A program made the position numbers and the translations under genes. 64,000 bases of DNA from a virus. A model generated the notes under the pieces. That model saw only the letters and a list, made by a program, of their open reading frames with translations. It was not told where the DNA came from and searched no databases. This document shows positions 63,788 to 64,000 of this stretch, piece after piece (position 1 is the stretch's first letter; every line of letters starts with the position of its first letter). The stretch lies in IMG/VR virus record IMGVR_UViG_2509601031_000003; one strand, given 5' to 3'.

Positions 63788-64000
63788 CTTTCCTGAGCAG
63801 CGTCGTATCGGGCAGATTGGTGAAGAGATTTTAGATAGCTACTTAAAGCGATCGTACTTTCTCGAACCAGCAAATCGAACTTTACAGGACTATGAAATCG
63901 ACAGAATCGCGACTCCCCTAAGTGGCGGTCGAAGCTGGTATCTGGAGTACAAGACAGATCTGAAAGCCGATACCACTGGCAATGCGTTCATCGAAACTAT
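63732..64000 (+). CDS. PD-(D/E)XK-like nuclease (5' part, runs off window)
   Basis: Manual translation ...IGEEILDSYL...EIDRI...LEYKTDLKADTTGNAFIET. Confidence 0.55.
   Translation, partial: MPRESTLIQSSSTPQKTYSFPEQRRIGQIGEEILDSYLKRSYFLEPANRTLQDYEIDRIATPLSGGRSWYLEYKTDLKADTTGNAFIET

Larger units (their letters stand above)
1..64000. mobile_element. Siphovirus-like prophage/temperate phage of a cyanobacterium (partial; ends outside window)
   Basis: Terminase, portal, tail tube, tape measure, tail fibre, replication initiator and Dam-type methylase genes; frequent HIP1 octamer GCGATCGC (e.g. 913-920, 1233-1240) and cyanobacteria-type families (Uma2, DUF2811-like). Confidence 0.92.

Noticed and set aside
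1-64000. Abundant GCGATCGC octamers as a novel repeat
   Set aside because: This is the well-known cyanobacterial HIP1; useful only as a host indicator
1-64000. Integrase, att sites, tRNA or rRNA genes
   Set aside because: None recognised by eye; element boundaries lie outside the window and a tRNAscan/Infernal run would be needed to exclude small RNAs

Overview
The whole window is part of a large siphovirus-like (pro)phage from a HIP1-rich (GCGATCGC) cyanobacterium; both ends lie outside the window and no integrase or major capsid gene is visible. Packaging/head genes (terS, terL, portal, partial prohead protease) run leftward in the first 7 kb. Tail genes (tube, two paralogous chaperones, gp10-like, a 2985-aa tape measure, minor tail/fibre genes) run rightward at 11.8-33.5 kb and are split by a non-structural block carrying Uma2, XRE and a TnpA-less TnpB. 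Between head and tail sits a 606-aa sigma-70 factor fused to several extra DNA-binding modules. The right half holds an M23 peptidase, a membrane-protein/P-loop ATPase operon, an Abi-alpha-like gene, a complete IS1 with 9-bp TSD, a host-type histidine kinase, a replication module, a hairpin-separated small-gene array, a GGDEF protein, many HTH regulators and a Dam-type methylase. The most striking unexplained signal is a 23-bp palindrome (AAATCGGWCA-NGC-TGWCCGWTTT) found 22 times by eye. Most copies sit on stop codons or gene junctions, and several out-of-place modules are bracketed by directly oriented pairs. All product calls come from motif recognition, not database searches.
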